Of a stretch of 64,000 bases of DNA, positions 14,883-27,264 are shown piece after piece. Made by a program: the position numbers and the translations under genes. Below the pieces are notes generated by a model. That model worked only from the letters and a program-made list of their open reading frames with translations. It had not been told where the DNA came from and searched no databases. Numbering within the stretch: position 1 is the first letter of the stretch; each line of letters starts with the position of its first letter. Source of the stretch: Ruditapes philippinarum (lineage: Eukaryota); the NCBI RefSeq assembly GCF_026571515.1, contig NW_026858102.1, forward strand, positions 1 to 64,000, given 5' to 3'.

Positions 14883-15537
14883 GTATGCGTGCTAGTGTGC
14901 GTGTGTGTGTGTCGCAAGTTTGCTTAATGTGTCCCGCTATTATGGGACTTTTGCATAATACATGTATATTGAAACAAAATTTTGGAAATAATGGTTGTGA
15001 GCTGTAAGAAGTGCTTAAAATCAGCAAATACTGTCAAGATCATTCTTATCTTATTAATGATTTGTTTATTATTCATTCGATCCCTTTAATTGAGCAAAAA
15101 TTATTCAATTTAATTTATGGAGAAGTTTGAAATGCAGAAGAATTGAAAGTGTTATAAAACACTGGCTGTAAAATTAAACAACAACAAGGATGTAACAGTT
15201 TTCTATGTAGAAACAGTTATAGATGATTTATTGTACAGAGGCATAACAAAAGAACATGGGGATTTATTACAGTCACTTTAATGATGTATGGTTATTTCAA
15301 GTAGATGAAGATGTATGTTATCTGTTTAGTGAACAAAGAGTAAAAAATGTTTTTGTCCAAAATTGGTTTTCAGAATTAAATGACTAAACTAGAGCTCGTG
15401 TATTATTTGTAGAATTTAAATTTCAGAAGTGCTTAAACTGTTTTAATGTTGAAAAGTTTCGAATTGCACTGTCTCGGCTAAGTGTTTCCTCTCACATATG
15501 TTAAATGGAATAAACTGTGCTGTACAGTATTGATGAT

Positions 15538-16674
15538 ACAAGAGCAGTCGGTAGGACAGCAGGCTCGACTATTCTAAGTGCTTGATAGTAAAAGAGCCTT
15601 GATAATGTTAAATTTAGAGCTTTGATAATATTTAATTTTTTAAGTTCACAAAAGGGCTATTTTTTTTATAAATTCATGTTATAGGCCATAGAGAGAGTCT
15701 AATTATACATATTGGCTTGACTATTCGAAAGGTAATGTCACAAGGGTGTTTTATTGAGTATAATAATACTAATTACCTATGAATACATTAAATTGACAGA
15801 AAGGGTACAAAGACTTGTTATTAAGATGTTTTATCAAGTAAATCACTGCTTTATTATTATGAATGCATAAAATTGTCCCAAAAAAAGGTACAAACCCTTC
15901 AGTAATTATGGAGATAACAGCTTACAAGCAAAACTTTACCATGAATTTCTAAGTTGAAAAAGGGGAGAAAAATCAGCCTAAATGCAAAATGAAATTATGG
16001 ATCTTTGTCAGTGACCTACAATTATGACCCTAAATGCATATGTGAAGTTTTAAATAAATATCTTTAATAGCTATTGAGATATGTAAAACTTGCATGTAAA
16101 CATTAACCAAGAGACTAAGTAGAAAAGGGGATATGAATCAGCCTTAATGCAGGATAGAGTTATGGAACTTGGTCAGTGACATACAATTATGACCGTCAAA
16201 TTATGACCCTAATTAAGTACATGACATTGTGTAAAGTTTCAAGTAAATATCTTTGAAGACCTTTAACCAAAATTTCTAAGTTTCAAAGGGGCAAATAATT
16301 CTGCAAATATTGCAGGCAGAGTTATGCAATTTTGCAAACTGATGTCCATTGTTACTAAAAAAAAGTATTTTAAATTTTAATTGAATATCTCAAGCAATAA
16401 TTGAAATATTTGACTTTATAAAAAACTTTAACCAAAATTTCTAAGTTAAAAAGAGGCATAATTCTGTCAATATTGTATGCAGAGTTATCCAGCTTGTCAA
16501 TCTGATGTACCTTGTTACTATAAATAAGTATTGTAAGTTTTAATTGAATATCTCTAGCAATAATTGAGATATTTGATTTTACAAAAACTTTAAGCAACGC
16601 AGACGCCGACGCTGACGCCGACTCCGACGCCGGGCGACTACAATAGCTCTCATATTCTTCGAATAGTCGAGCTA
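15538..16674 (-). mobile_element. HINE (Helentron-associated element), second family
   Basis: On the minus strand: 5' TTTTTAGCTCGACTATTCG, (GGCGTC)n microsatellite, ~160-bp degenerate tandem units, and a 3' subterminal repeat GAATAGTCGAGC with hairpin and CTCTTGT end. A short related 5' fragment also lies at about 41107-41145. Confidence 0.8.
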
Positions 16675-17383
16675 AAAATGTAGAAATTGTTTTATTTTAA
16701 AAGATAAATTCCACATTATTTTAGAATGTTCACAATATGCTGAACTACGAATATATATATAGTGAATAACATATTGTGAATAACGTGAAATTTATCTTTT
16801 AAAATATATATATATTTATAAAAACACTGTTGGAAAAGATCAAATATACCAAATTACTTTGCACTAATGAATTCAGAAAATGAAATAGAAACTAGAAACT
16901 TATCAATTTATATCTTTATTAAAGACTTAAAGCATTCGATGTACGAAACACTACTCTTTATATATATTTAGTCAAACGCTGCAACACTGTTGGTCTAAAA
17001 TAGCTTTGTAAAGTCTTTAATCAGTATTTTAGCATTCTATAAATGACAATTCCATTCATGAATGCGATAGATATAAATTGATCGAGGCTGAATTGATGGC
17101 ACATTAAAGGTTTATTTGCATCACTTTATTAATTTCAGTTGACATATTTAAGTGCTCTTTGTAATTATCAACTCATCTTACACTATAATTATTTTATAAT
17201 ACCCAACTGATAACAAACAATACACTTTATTGGACACAAAGGAAAGTTGTTTACTTTCCAATACTTTGTTCCTTTTCTAAATTAAAACAGCCTCATTTTT
17301 GTTTTTAGTTTTATCATAGAACTTATTATACGTCAGCTCTTAAATGAACTACTCATTCAGTTACAACTTGAATGGCCTTTCAA

Positions 17384-17523
17384 TGTTCGCTATAAGCTTC
17401 TCTACTTGTTATAGGCTTTGTAGCGAACATTATGGATCCTGATCAGACTTCGCGGATGCGCAGGCTAGTCTGGATCCATGCTGGTCGCAAACCCATAATG
17501 TTCGTTTTGTCATGGCGCGGCTC
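17384..17523. mobile_element. Same MITE family, truncated copy (loop plus right arm)
   Basis: Contains atggatcctgatcagact...gcggctc followed by ATAT. Confidence 0.85.
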
Positions 17524-18352
17524 ATATATTCATGAAACAATTAGATTGTGTAAATTGCAATGTTTACAACCGATAAAACGTGTTCTGTCCCAACGGATAA
17601 CCAATTTGTACAAGGGTGGATCAATATGTTATGCAATATTGTCTTTCAAGGTAACAAAAGATAAAATATCATAATTTTTCTAATTCAATCCATCGAGATA
17701 ATCTCCTACAGAAATACAAAGATTGAGTTGTTAAATCAATTGTTAAATGCTTCAAAATAGGCCTCCTTTGGTATACCTTTCCATGACTGAAAGATGGCCG
17801 ACCCAAGTCCATTTCTACTCTTGTAGCGATGACCTTTCAGATGTGTTTTTTTAGTCTAGGAAAGAGGTAAAAATGAGTGGGTACTAAGTCTGGAAAATAA
17901 GGTGGATGCTTATGGACAGTCACTCGTTTTCTTGAAAGAAAAATCAATTGTAGTAGTGATTTATTATTCATAATTCATTTAAAATTGTAGAGGCATAGAA
18001 AACAATTCATCCATATTTATCTTTTCTTTATTTCTTCGTTTGTTCGTATACTTGTGTGTGTTTTTTTACTTTGTTTTATTTATTGTTTTTTTACCATAGA
18101 AGCGCAGTGGACGTTCTTCAAATCTAGTGAAAATTAAAAATGAAGCAATGATTGACAGTTCCTGCCAGCTGTGAATACACCCGTTTGAATGTTGTCCAAT
18201 TTTTAATTGTCTTAATATTTATATTGCATATGTTTCATAGGTAGAACAAATTCAATTATAAGTCCGAATGATATAAAACTAGAGGTCATAAACATTATAT
18301 AATATAACAATAAAGCAATCAAAAATGCCATTTTTCCATGTCTAAAATTTAT

Positions 18353-21300
18353 TCAAGTCTTTCGTTTCTCAACAAACATGTACATTCCATTCTGTGTTCT
18401 CATGACAGAGGACATTTTACGTTTTACTGTATGTGATGGGTCAAGACGAAATGAAAAACTGAAATATAAAATTCAATCAAATTATATTTGTTGTAATATG
18501 TGGAAGAATTTCCTATAAAAAGTGATTATATCAATATTTTTGTTTAAAAAAAATCCAAAAAACCTTTATATTCTTTATATCAGGTGTTTAAAGTGCTATG
18601 TAACAGATGTAAAATGTCGTGCCATACTTAATTCAAGTGTAATTATTGCTATTCGGATCATTGATTCCAACACTTTTCAGCCAGTGCTAGGGGCGTGAGA
18701 AATGTAACATCTTTCAAAATCTCTCACCAACAGACTCATTAAAACCTATTTGCTTTTATTTTTCATTTCTCTCAAACGATCACCCCTTTATAGAATATAA
18801 AATATCTATCAAAGAGATGTTAAATGTTATACAAACAAAACTTTTTACTACAGGACTTCTTCTAAAAAAACTCTTTGATGATGTTTCCTATTTAAACTAC
18901 ATATTTAGTAAATAAACATACTTTCTAAGTAACTTTGTCAGGATAACCTTTTCTTCATTCATAGCGAATACTTGTCCGATACAGTTTCTAAAAAAATAAA
19001 AAATCAATAAAAAGATAATGATGTGTTTGCAAAAAAAAGCATAAAGGTTGTTCAACCTTCAAGGAAAAGTCACACGGATACAGTAAGGTCATGTGGCGAC
19101 TTCTCAGCTTTACTGGTACAGGAAAACATTATTATCCAGGTACTAGCACCTGATAAAAACAACCTATTTTCCTTAAGCAGAAAGTTTCCTCAAATGAAAG
19201 AGGATCCAGTGAATCGAGCAGGGCTTGTACCCACAGCAGCGGAGCTTGAACTCACAGCAGTGGGACTTAAACCCACATCAGCGGGGCTTGAATCAACAGC
19301 ATCGGGTCTGAACACACAGCAGCGGGGCTTGAACCCACAGCAACGTGAGTTGAACATACAGCATAGGGGCTTGAATCCACAGCAGTGGGCTTGAATCCAC
19401 AGCAGCGGGGCTTGAACCCACAGTAGCGGGGCTTGAATCCACAGCAATGAGGGGCAAGTGATTCAAGTTAAGCTACCTTAATAATTCGCTCATATAGGCC
19501 CCTAAAACTTGATATAATTTCAAATAAAAATATTTTAAGTGAAAAATTAGTACTTTAAAAAAAAGTGTTGTCTTTTGGTGATATATGACAATACTAAAGA
19601 TGTTAGAAAATAATTTCAGTGCTATAACAGTTGTACTTTGTTAACGTACAATTAGTAACACCTACCTTGGTCCTGCAGAGAACGGAACATATTGAAAGTG
19701 CTCAATACTGTCAACGTTTTCCTTTGAAAATCGGTCTGGCTTAAATTCCATGTGATCTGAGCCCCAGATAGTTTCCATGTGGTTTAAAACCCAAATATTT
19801 GCGATGACCGTTGTCCCTTTAGGTGCAACTCTATCACCTAGATCAAAGTCTTGAGTGATGTCTCGTGTTATAGCCGGAACCGGAGCATGTAGACGCATTC
19901 CTTCCTTAATACACATAGTAAGATATTCTAGGTGACTTAAGTCAGACCTATGAAATACAGAAATAAGTTTTATACAAATAACTTCCACTGATTGATTTTA
20001 TATATCATCATCAACATGGCATTGTTTTATTATGTTAACATAAAAATATATTTATTACATACGGCCCACCTTTACAATTCAAGAAGTCATAAAATCATAG
20101 TTGTGTCATATAAAATTTATACCAATCCAGGTCATCTGTTTCCCTGCCTGCAAGTATCTCATCTATCTCCGTCTGACATTTTTGTTGACATTCAGGGTGC
20201 TCTGCCAGAGAATACAAAATCCATGATATGGCACTGGCTGTTGTGTCGTGACCTAAGAAAACATATTTATAAATTTACTGACATGTTTCATTCATTTGTT
20301 ACGAAAATGTATAACAGACATCTGTATCAAGTCATTTATTTAATACAGAAGCATAAATAATATTGTGATTTACAATTTACGAATCATAATTTATATATAT
20401 TTTGGTTCCAACCTACTATGCGTATATTACTTTAACTTTAATATCATGAAGGAAATTCATTAAGTTAGGATCAAGGTCACCTTCAAACAAGAAAGTATCC
20501 ACTTCGTTCCGTATCTCCAGTTTTGTAAGACCCTGTCCGTCTTCGTCACGTGCTGTCAAAAGAATATCTAGGAAGTCAGTGTATCGGCTGCCTTTGGTAC
20601 TATCTTGTTCATTCTGATATTAGACAAAACTAAAATAAATTTTGGCCAAAAATTGAAAAAAAATGTGTGTAAGTCCCTGGAGAACTTTATAAGAGACAGA
20701 TATAAAACTTTAATTCAACTTTGTATATTCTTTTTCAATACGTTATATCTTTACGGATTGGGGCTTCAGAACTGCTGCCACCATTTGACCCTGCATGATT
20801 TGTAAGAGACGCATTTGTGCATCTCTTCGTTCTCCACGAGTGAGGTGGTTTTCACCCCTTTTGTTGCTTTAAGATTATAATACCCCAAGATAGCCATAAT
20901 CATCTTTCCTGTTTCAATGCCATATGAGCTGTAGCGTAAAATTAAACAAAACAAATATTGTGATATTTAAAGCTATTCGTTATTTATCTTTAGTTAGTCA
21001 GTCAGTCAGAGTTGTACTATAGTTTAAATTACCAAAGCATCTCTCCTATTGTCAATTACTTCCTCGGCTACTGTATGAACAAATTCACAATCTTTCTTAA
21101 ATTGCCGTCCGATTGAACTAAACTTCCAGATGGTATCAAAGTACATCAACGGATTGCTAGAAAAATGCAAAAATTATTGAAAAAAAATATGTAAGTTTAT
21201 GAAGTTGTCTATAGGTACTTTAAATCACATCCGCATACTTAAGATTATATTTTAACTGGTAAAACTTAAATGGCTTTCGTTTTGAGAATACGACATTTTG

Positions 21301-24300
21301 GAAAAAAGTTTTAAACCAAAATTGGCATTATTGGTTCTTTCCTGTAAGTGAGCATCGACCTTAAGTCGTTTTGAGATCACGGACATGCACTCGAGTCTGA
21401 GTTCAGCTTTATAATACATTACAACTACGATAAAGAAGAAAGAAAAGAATAACAGAAAGGCAGTCACGCAATGTACAATATGAGTTTATAACTTACAGGA
21501 ACCTGTATGTCACAGCGTCTGTTATTCTATTCACTGTGTTTACGTATTCGTTTGAATCACTGAAAATGACATTAACAAACGTAATTACAAATCAGCAAGT
21601 TTATATTCAGTATTAAAATTACAAAACTAGTTACAGGGCTTTTGATCGTAAAGAGAACAAGGATAACCATGAAATATAGGTACAATGTATAATTAAATAA
21701 ATGTTAATCTGTTCGTCCTCCCCTGTTTTTCTATTTAAATTTGATTTTTAAATATTTTATTTATCTTGACGTAGGTTCACTTGTAAGACTATATTTTTTT
21801 AATTTTAAGTCGAATGTAGTAATAAAAAAGTACAATTGAGTTCCTAAACATTTGTTTATAATTTTAGCTACAAAATAGAAGAATTTATCGAATTGTTAAA
21901 AAAAAGATATCATTACCCCGCTGTTTGAACGTCTTCGCTGTATGAAAACGCACATTTTAATATAACCTCCAATGTATACATACAGACGTGCTGAAAAACT
22001 TCGAATCTTTCATTGGTTTTTGCTTGAGCTGCAAGCTTTTTCTAGAACGAAATATTGGCTTATTGAATTAGATAACTTGAGACGCATAATATAGGCTTGA
22101 ATATTTCAAACATTCCTACAATATCAAAGAAACTAGAAATGTGTCCATAGGACACGGGTGCCCCGACCACGCCACTGTTCTGTCAATCTTATGACTCTAG
22201 GTCAAGTGTTTTTTGAAAACTCAAAATCTTTTACTAAGTAAAGGGCAAGAACTTTACAAATACTGAATAAATCCACAAGCAAACCTTTAAGGTGCATAAG
22301 TACACATGTTGACCAACATTCTTGTAAACTTTCAGGCCTACAAGTGAAATGCTTTTTGAGCAATGCATGGACACGTTGAAAATTGCAAATTTATACTACT
22401 GTAAGTCAAGGGCAATAACTCTAACAAAACTGAAAAAAATACACATCCAAAGTCCCAGGTGCATAGCTTCACAGTGATGTGAATCATTATTCCTGTAATT
22501 TAGTGATTTTTATCATCATTCCTGTAAAGTTCGTTGATTCTTAATCAAGTACTCAAGAAACACATAACAACATAATGAAACTGTTTTTACTTAGTCAAGG
22601 GAAATAACTTTACAAATACTGGATAAACCCACAAGCGAAACCCCAGGTGCAAAACTAAATAAGCTGAGCAACCTTCCCGTAAGGTTTAATGACTCTAGAT
22701 CAAATCCTTTTTGAATAACATGCGACACAAGTTGAAAATTGCAGAAATTTTATAAGTCAAGGGCAATAACTCTAAAAATACTAAATAAATCCATGCGATA
22801 ATACCCGGTGCACAATTACACATGATGATCAATATTCCTGTAAAGTTTCAAGACTCTATGTCAAATACTTTTTGAGTTATGTGCGACACAAAAGAGAACG
22901 GACGGACGGACGGACGAACGGACGGACAAGGTAAATCTAAATGTCCGCCACTAAAGTGGGGGCACAATAAAATGTAGGAAATGAATCTATGTAAAATGCC
23001 GCTTGAAAAAAGGTACACTCTGAGATATTGTAGAGAGAGTCAATTCTAACACGGCATTAATTTTACATTTCTTGAGTAAAAATAGATAGGAAAACGATGG
23101 TGTTCCTCCACCAGTGAAGCTGGAACGTCGCCATATGAACTTTAATGAGTCGGCGTGACGTAAAACCCAATTAAACAAACAAACAAAAACATATCAGCAA
23201 CACCAAAATATATTGCGATATGAGTTCAAAGAATTTAATTTTTACAATTCAAAATTAACACGAATTTGGCAATGCGTGTACATTTTTGTAGTTCAGTATT
23301 GCCGCTATTCTATGTTCTGCCCGAAGGACTTTAACATTTTGTATGTTAAAATTCAAGAAACTTACAACGAACACATCTGCAGACTGGTTATATACATTCA
23401 TATACGGCTTCAGTATCTCAAAATGAAAAGCGGGAGTAAGCAGACGTCTGTTTCGCGCCCATTTTTCACCGTTAGCTACAAGCAATCCATCTCCAAGCCA
23501 CGGATATAAATGTCTGTAAGCTCCATCTAAACCCATCGACTTTGGTTCTGTTTCGATATAAAAATGAAATGGAAAATATAGTATCCTTGTTCATCATGAC
23601 AAGACTTGTCTCAAGTTCTAAGCAAAATAAAAGTAATGACTTCTCAATAATGAGTCATATCATATATAATGTAAAGCTTTAAACTGCAAGCAATTCCATT
23701 AACGTGTATTGCATGTTGATGTAAGTTATCAAAAACACTGGCACCATTTCCCTAAAAACAGATGATTTGATTTATGGAGAATTAACAGTAAAACAAAGAG
23801 AGAAAAAGATACCCAAACGAACTTAACATTGTGATAATTAACATTGGATTTAAATTACAATGTTACACTGACACGATTTCAAACTATTATGTTTGGTTGT
23901 TATGGTTTATTTAAATTATTTTGCGTATATTATTTGCTTTCTGCACAAGTTTTCAAACAAAATATTAAATACTGACCATTGCTTTTTAACAGTTTTGCAG
24001 TAATACGTGGACAGGATGGAGCCAAAATAGGTTTACCAAGCAGTCCCCAGAATACAACATAACCTTGATCACTTCCGTATTTATTACACATTTCGATCAA
24101 ATACATTGCCAGCTCATGGGAATCTGTGGGAAACTGAAAATAAAGTATGAAAGAGATTAAGTAAAAGAACTTTTAATCCTTCAAGGAATTCGCCCATTAA
24201 AAGCAAAAGATTTTTTTTCTTTTGAGCATAACCTATAGACACTGGCAAAAACACTTCTAAATGCGACAGCCATATTGACCTCCAAATACAGATTTTCTTT

Positions 24301-25359
24301 AATACTTGCAGAAAAAATACAGTGACTGCAATCTGCCTTATAATGCGATTGCGGGGCTGAACCACCACTTCTCTCTCTGTAAAATATGAGTTAACCGAGT
24401 CAATGGTTAATCAGTTTTACCATTCTCAAAATGTTTTGGCTACTTAAAAAACGACTTCCGTCATTTATCTATGAAGCAGAAATACGTACTATATTTATAT
24501 TCTGCTTCTTAATAAAACTACACCTATAACTGTCAATAACTTTGAAAAGAATGAAATAAAATAAAAGAAAAATAAAAAAAATCGTTTGCGAAATTTCGAG
24601 CAAGTCTTCTTTAAATAATTTATCCCCTAGTACTACATCATCAGAATTATACCTGTGAAGCTAAAATGATTAAAATAACCCAAGCATCAACAAGAATTTG
24701 TAACAGCCCTAGGAAGTTTATTATCAAACACAAAATTGTAAAACATTTTTTTACATATACAAAAATATCGTATACCATCAAGTCTCAATAAAGTACTTTA
24801 TTGAGACGGTATTTTTCCACATATGTGAAAATTGTTTGAAAACCAGTTTTATCGTTGTAAAAGATGTCCAATTCATGTTTAAATATTAAAATATTTTTGA
24901 TATAGTGTTTACAGGGGCGTATCACATTTGGGAAAAGATCTGACCCCAAGCGTCTGTGATAATGCATTCAATGAAAGCATATTTTCAATAGCATTGTAAC
25001 GTCGCATAAAGGTTCGTCCTATATTATGACCTATTAAACCTAATCTTTTAATATCATTTAGGTCAATATAAAGTAGCTGAAGTTTATTTGACAAGTTAAC
25101 AAATCGTTTATATTATTGTAAAGTCATCTTGGCATTTAAACTTGTTTGCTGACATAGAAGTCCCGTTTAAACAGAACAAAAACATACTTACATAAAAGAA
25201 ACTGCCAAACAACCAGTGATATTTTTCTGGACCCTTAGCTCCATTGAATATTTTCTTGTTTTGTCGATAATTGATGAATATCGAAACAGCATGATAAAAG
25301 ATATATGTTCCTATAATTAACAAAACTGTTTGTAAGATCACATTTAATGTTGGAAACAT
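18353..25359 (-). CDS. Cytochrome P450, CYP4 clan (CYP4F-like), paralogue B; complete, 511 aa
   Basis: Eleven exons: 25192-25359, 23977-24133, 23366-23547, 21917-22041, 21497-21559, 21033-21156, 20481-20613, 20123-20252, 19666-19947, 18922-18987, 18353-18458 (1536 nt, open frame). Motifs: [13 protein letters not shown], ExxR (EGMR), PERF-like (FKPDRF), heme motif PFSAGPRNCIGQ. Confidence 0.96.
19062..19501 (-). mobile_element. tRNA-derived SINE with an internally amplified B-box minisatellite, in intron 9 of CYP paralogue B
   Basis: Body ggtcatgtggcgacttctcagct is shared with the SINEs at 23095 and 40397; tRNA-like head at about 19425-19501. Confidence 0.75.
19218..19446. repeat. 21-bp minisatellite, about 11 units (GCGGGGCTTGAACCCACAGCA)
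   Basis: Read directly from the sequence. Confidence 0.92.
22132..22967 (-). mobile_element. Full-length HINE in intron 3 of CYP paralogue B
   Basis: On the minus strand: 5' TGCCCCCAC, (GTCC)n, ~160-bp tandem array, 3' GGGGCA subterminal repeat, GTGTCC-TAT-GGACAC hairpin and CTAGTT end. Confidence 0.88.
23095..23190 (+). mobile_element. SINE 3' fragment
   Basis: ttcctccaccagtgaagctggaacgtcgccatatga...gacgtaaaaccc followed by a (CAAA)n tail. Confidence 0.7.
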
Positions 25360-26770
25360 GTTTATTGTTTTCAGTTTACAGTACACATTAAAACAACATT
25401 AACTCTCGTGAAACCACCAAAACTCTTCACCAAAACACGATAAATCCGCTCCCGGTATCGACCCAACGTAATCGCTGAACGCGGTTAGAAAAGGCTAAAA
25501 GTTCATATCCTATACTCTGCTATCCTAAAATAAATCAAACGCGCGTAGAAGTAGAGCGAACGCTAAAAATAACAAAATATAATTATGCTTTCTTTCGATT
25601 TAAAAGTGATCTTTAATCGTTCAATTAAACTAAAGCAGTGTTTGAAGCCTGTTAATTTATTTGATATTTTATAGGTATAAATATGAGTTTATCACATAAC
25701 CGTTCGATCGGCTTTTCAGACTCCAAACAGAAATACACGGCCGTGCATATATTTTGAAGGACGTCGTCATTTATCAGTAAAAGTGGTATTACACGCTCCT
25801 TTATATATTTTGACGTGACGTTATTACGTTATACAAAACATAGTGAATAGACGTAACGCGCTTAAAGATCCTGTATGTTGTAATTGAAGTTCTATACCAC
25901 ACTTAAGTGAAATTATACATATGTATTTAATTATGCACATAGAACAATTTTCCAACATCAAAGAATATGTAAAATATATACTGCAAATATTCGTACATAT
26001 TATATGTAGTTATTAAATTATATGCATTCATTTCTTATTGAAAAATTTGATTTAGATTTAATAGAAAATAATTAATTTATTACTTCCCTTTATTTACATG
26101 AAATATTAAATTCAGTAATATCTTTATTGGAACTTACAAAGTTGATAATTCTTAATTTGAGCATCATATTTATGATATAAAACCATAACGAATGTGTGTT
26201 ACGGGATCTTTAATGTTAGCGTTACACTACAGGCACGTCAGTGAAGAAAAATGATTATTGTCTTTATTGTTGTATGTGATAAATAGAATATTATATTCAT
26301 GTAGGTTCATTACTAAATATATTGCAATCCTTCAATAATATAAAGTAATAGTATGCTCGCATAAAAGTTTGCATACTATATAATTTTATCCAACTCGTTC
26401 CTTCAATAAATTTAGTATTGAACTCATGCAATATCCTCTATTTATTACGCGTTTTAAAAGACATAGTGTACAACACAGCCTCAATGATAGAGTTTCAAAC
26501 AAAAAGAAGGTAATTTTAAAAAGAAAGTCTTTACTTTTACAGGTAGCTATAGGTATCTTATCTTGGAATGTGTTCAATAGAATATCACATTCGTATAGCT
26601 TCATTACTAAATGTATTCAAATTAAGGAGAAGCTAATATTATATATTTTAATTCAACTCGTTCTATTTCTTCAGAATGGAACCTACACTTATTAAATATT
26701 CTATTTAAATATTGCATTGATCGAGTGCATCATTTCATGAATACGTAAAGAAAAGTAATCATACGTTTCT

Positions 26771-26850
26771 TTTGTCGTTGTTGTTTTGTTTGTTGTTGTT
26801 GTTGTTGTTGTTTTTGTTTTTTTGTTGTTTTTTTTGTTTTTTGTTTTTTG
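26771..26850. repeat. (TTG)n / T-rich simple repeat
   Basis: Read directly from the sequence. Confidence 0.85.
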
Positions 26851-27264
26851 TCAGTGAAACAAGATTTTCTAGAGCAGTAAAAAGTGATAAACCTTCATCT
26901 TTGAAATCGCGTACCAAGTGCACTACTCATTCTATTTACTCTTTCATCAATTGTAAAAAATGCAAGCATATATAGACTTCCATCAATTATGAGATTTTTG
27001 TGATACATTTCTGTAGCTGTTTATTATCACGTTCAAAGCCTTGGTAATGACCGTTTTTGTCACTCCGGTATGGGCGATGCATTCTGTTGTGCTGCGGCAT
27101 AATATAAAGAGACCGTAGCTTTTAAGCTGTCTAATCCTTTTGTGAGCCTGTCAGAAATTGTAATGCTTTAAATTTCAGAACTAAATCCATTCCCTCTTCG
27201 TATATAAAGCACACATTAATGGTTTTGCTGCATAGTGTTTCTGACATTCAACAAAATAGCAAAT

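Noticed and set aside
14345-15027. Long ORFs reported across the N run
   Set aside because: Artefacts of translating N as X.
13800-15500. Possible highly degraded LINE ORF2 remnants flanking the gap
   Set aside because: Only faint motif traces; boundaries and family cannot be supported by eye.
19023-19447. ORFs with heptad-like repeats (QQRGLNP)
   Set aside because: Translation of the 21-bp minisatellite inside a CYP intron.
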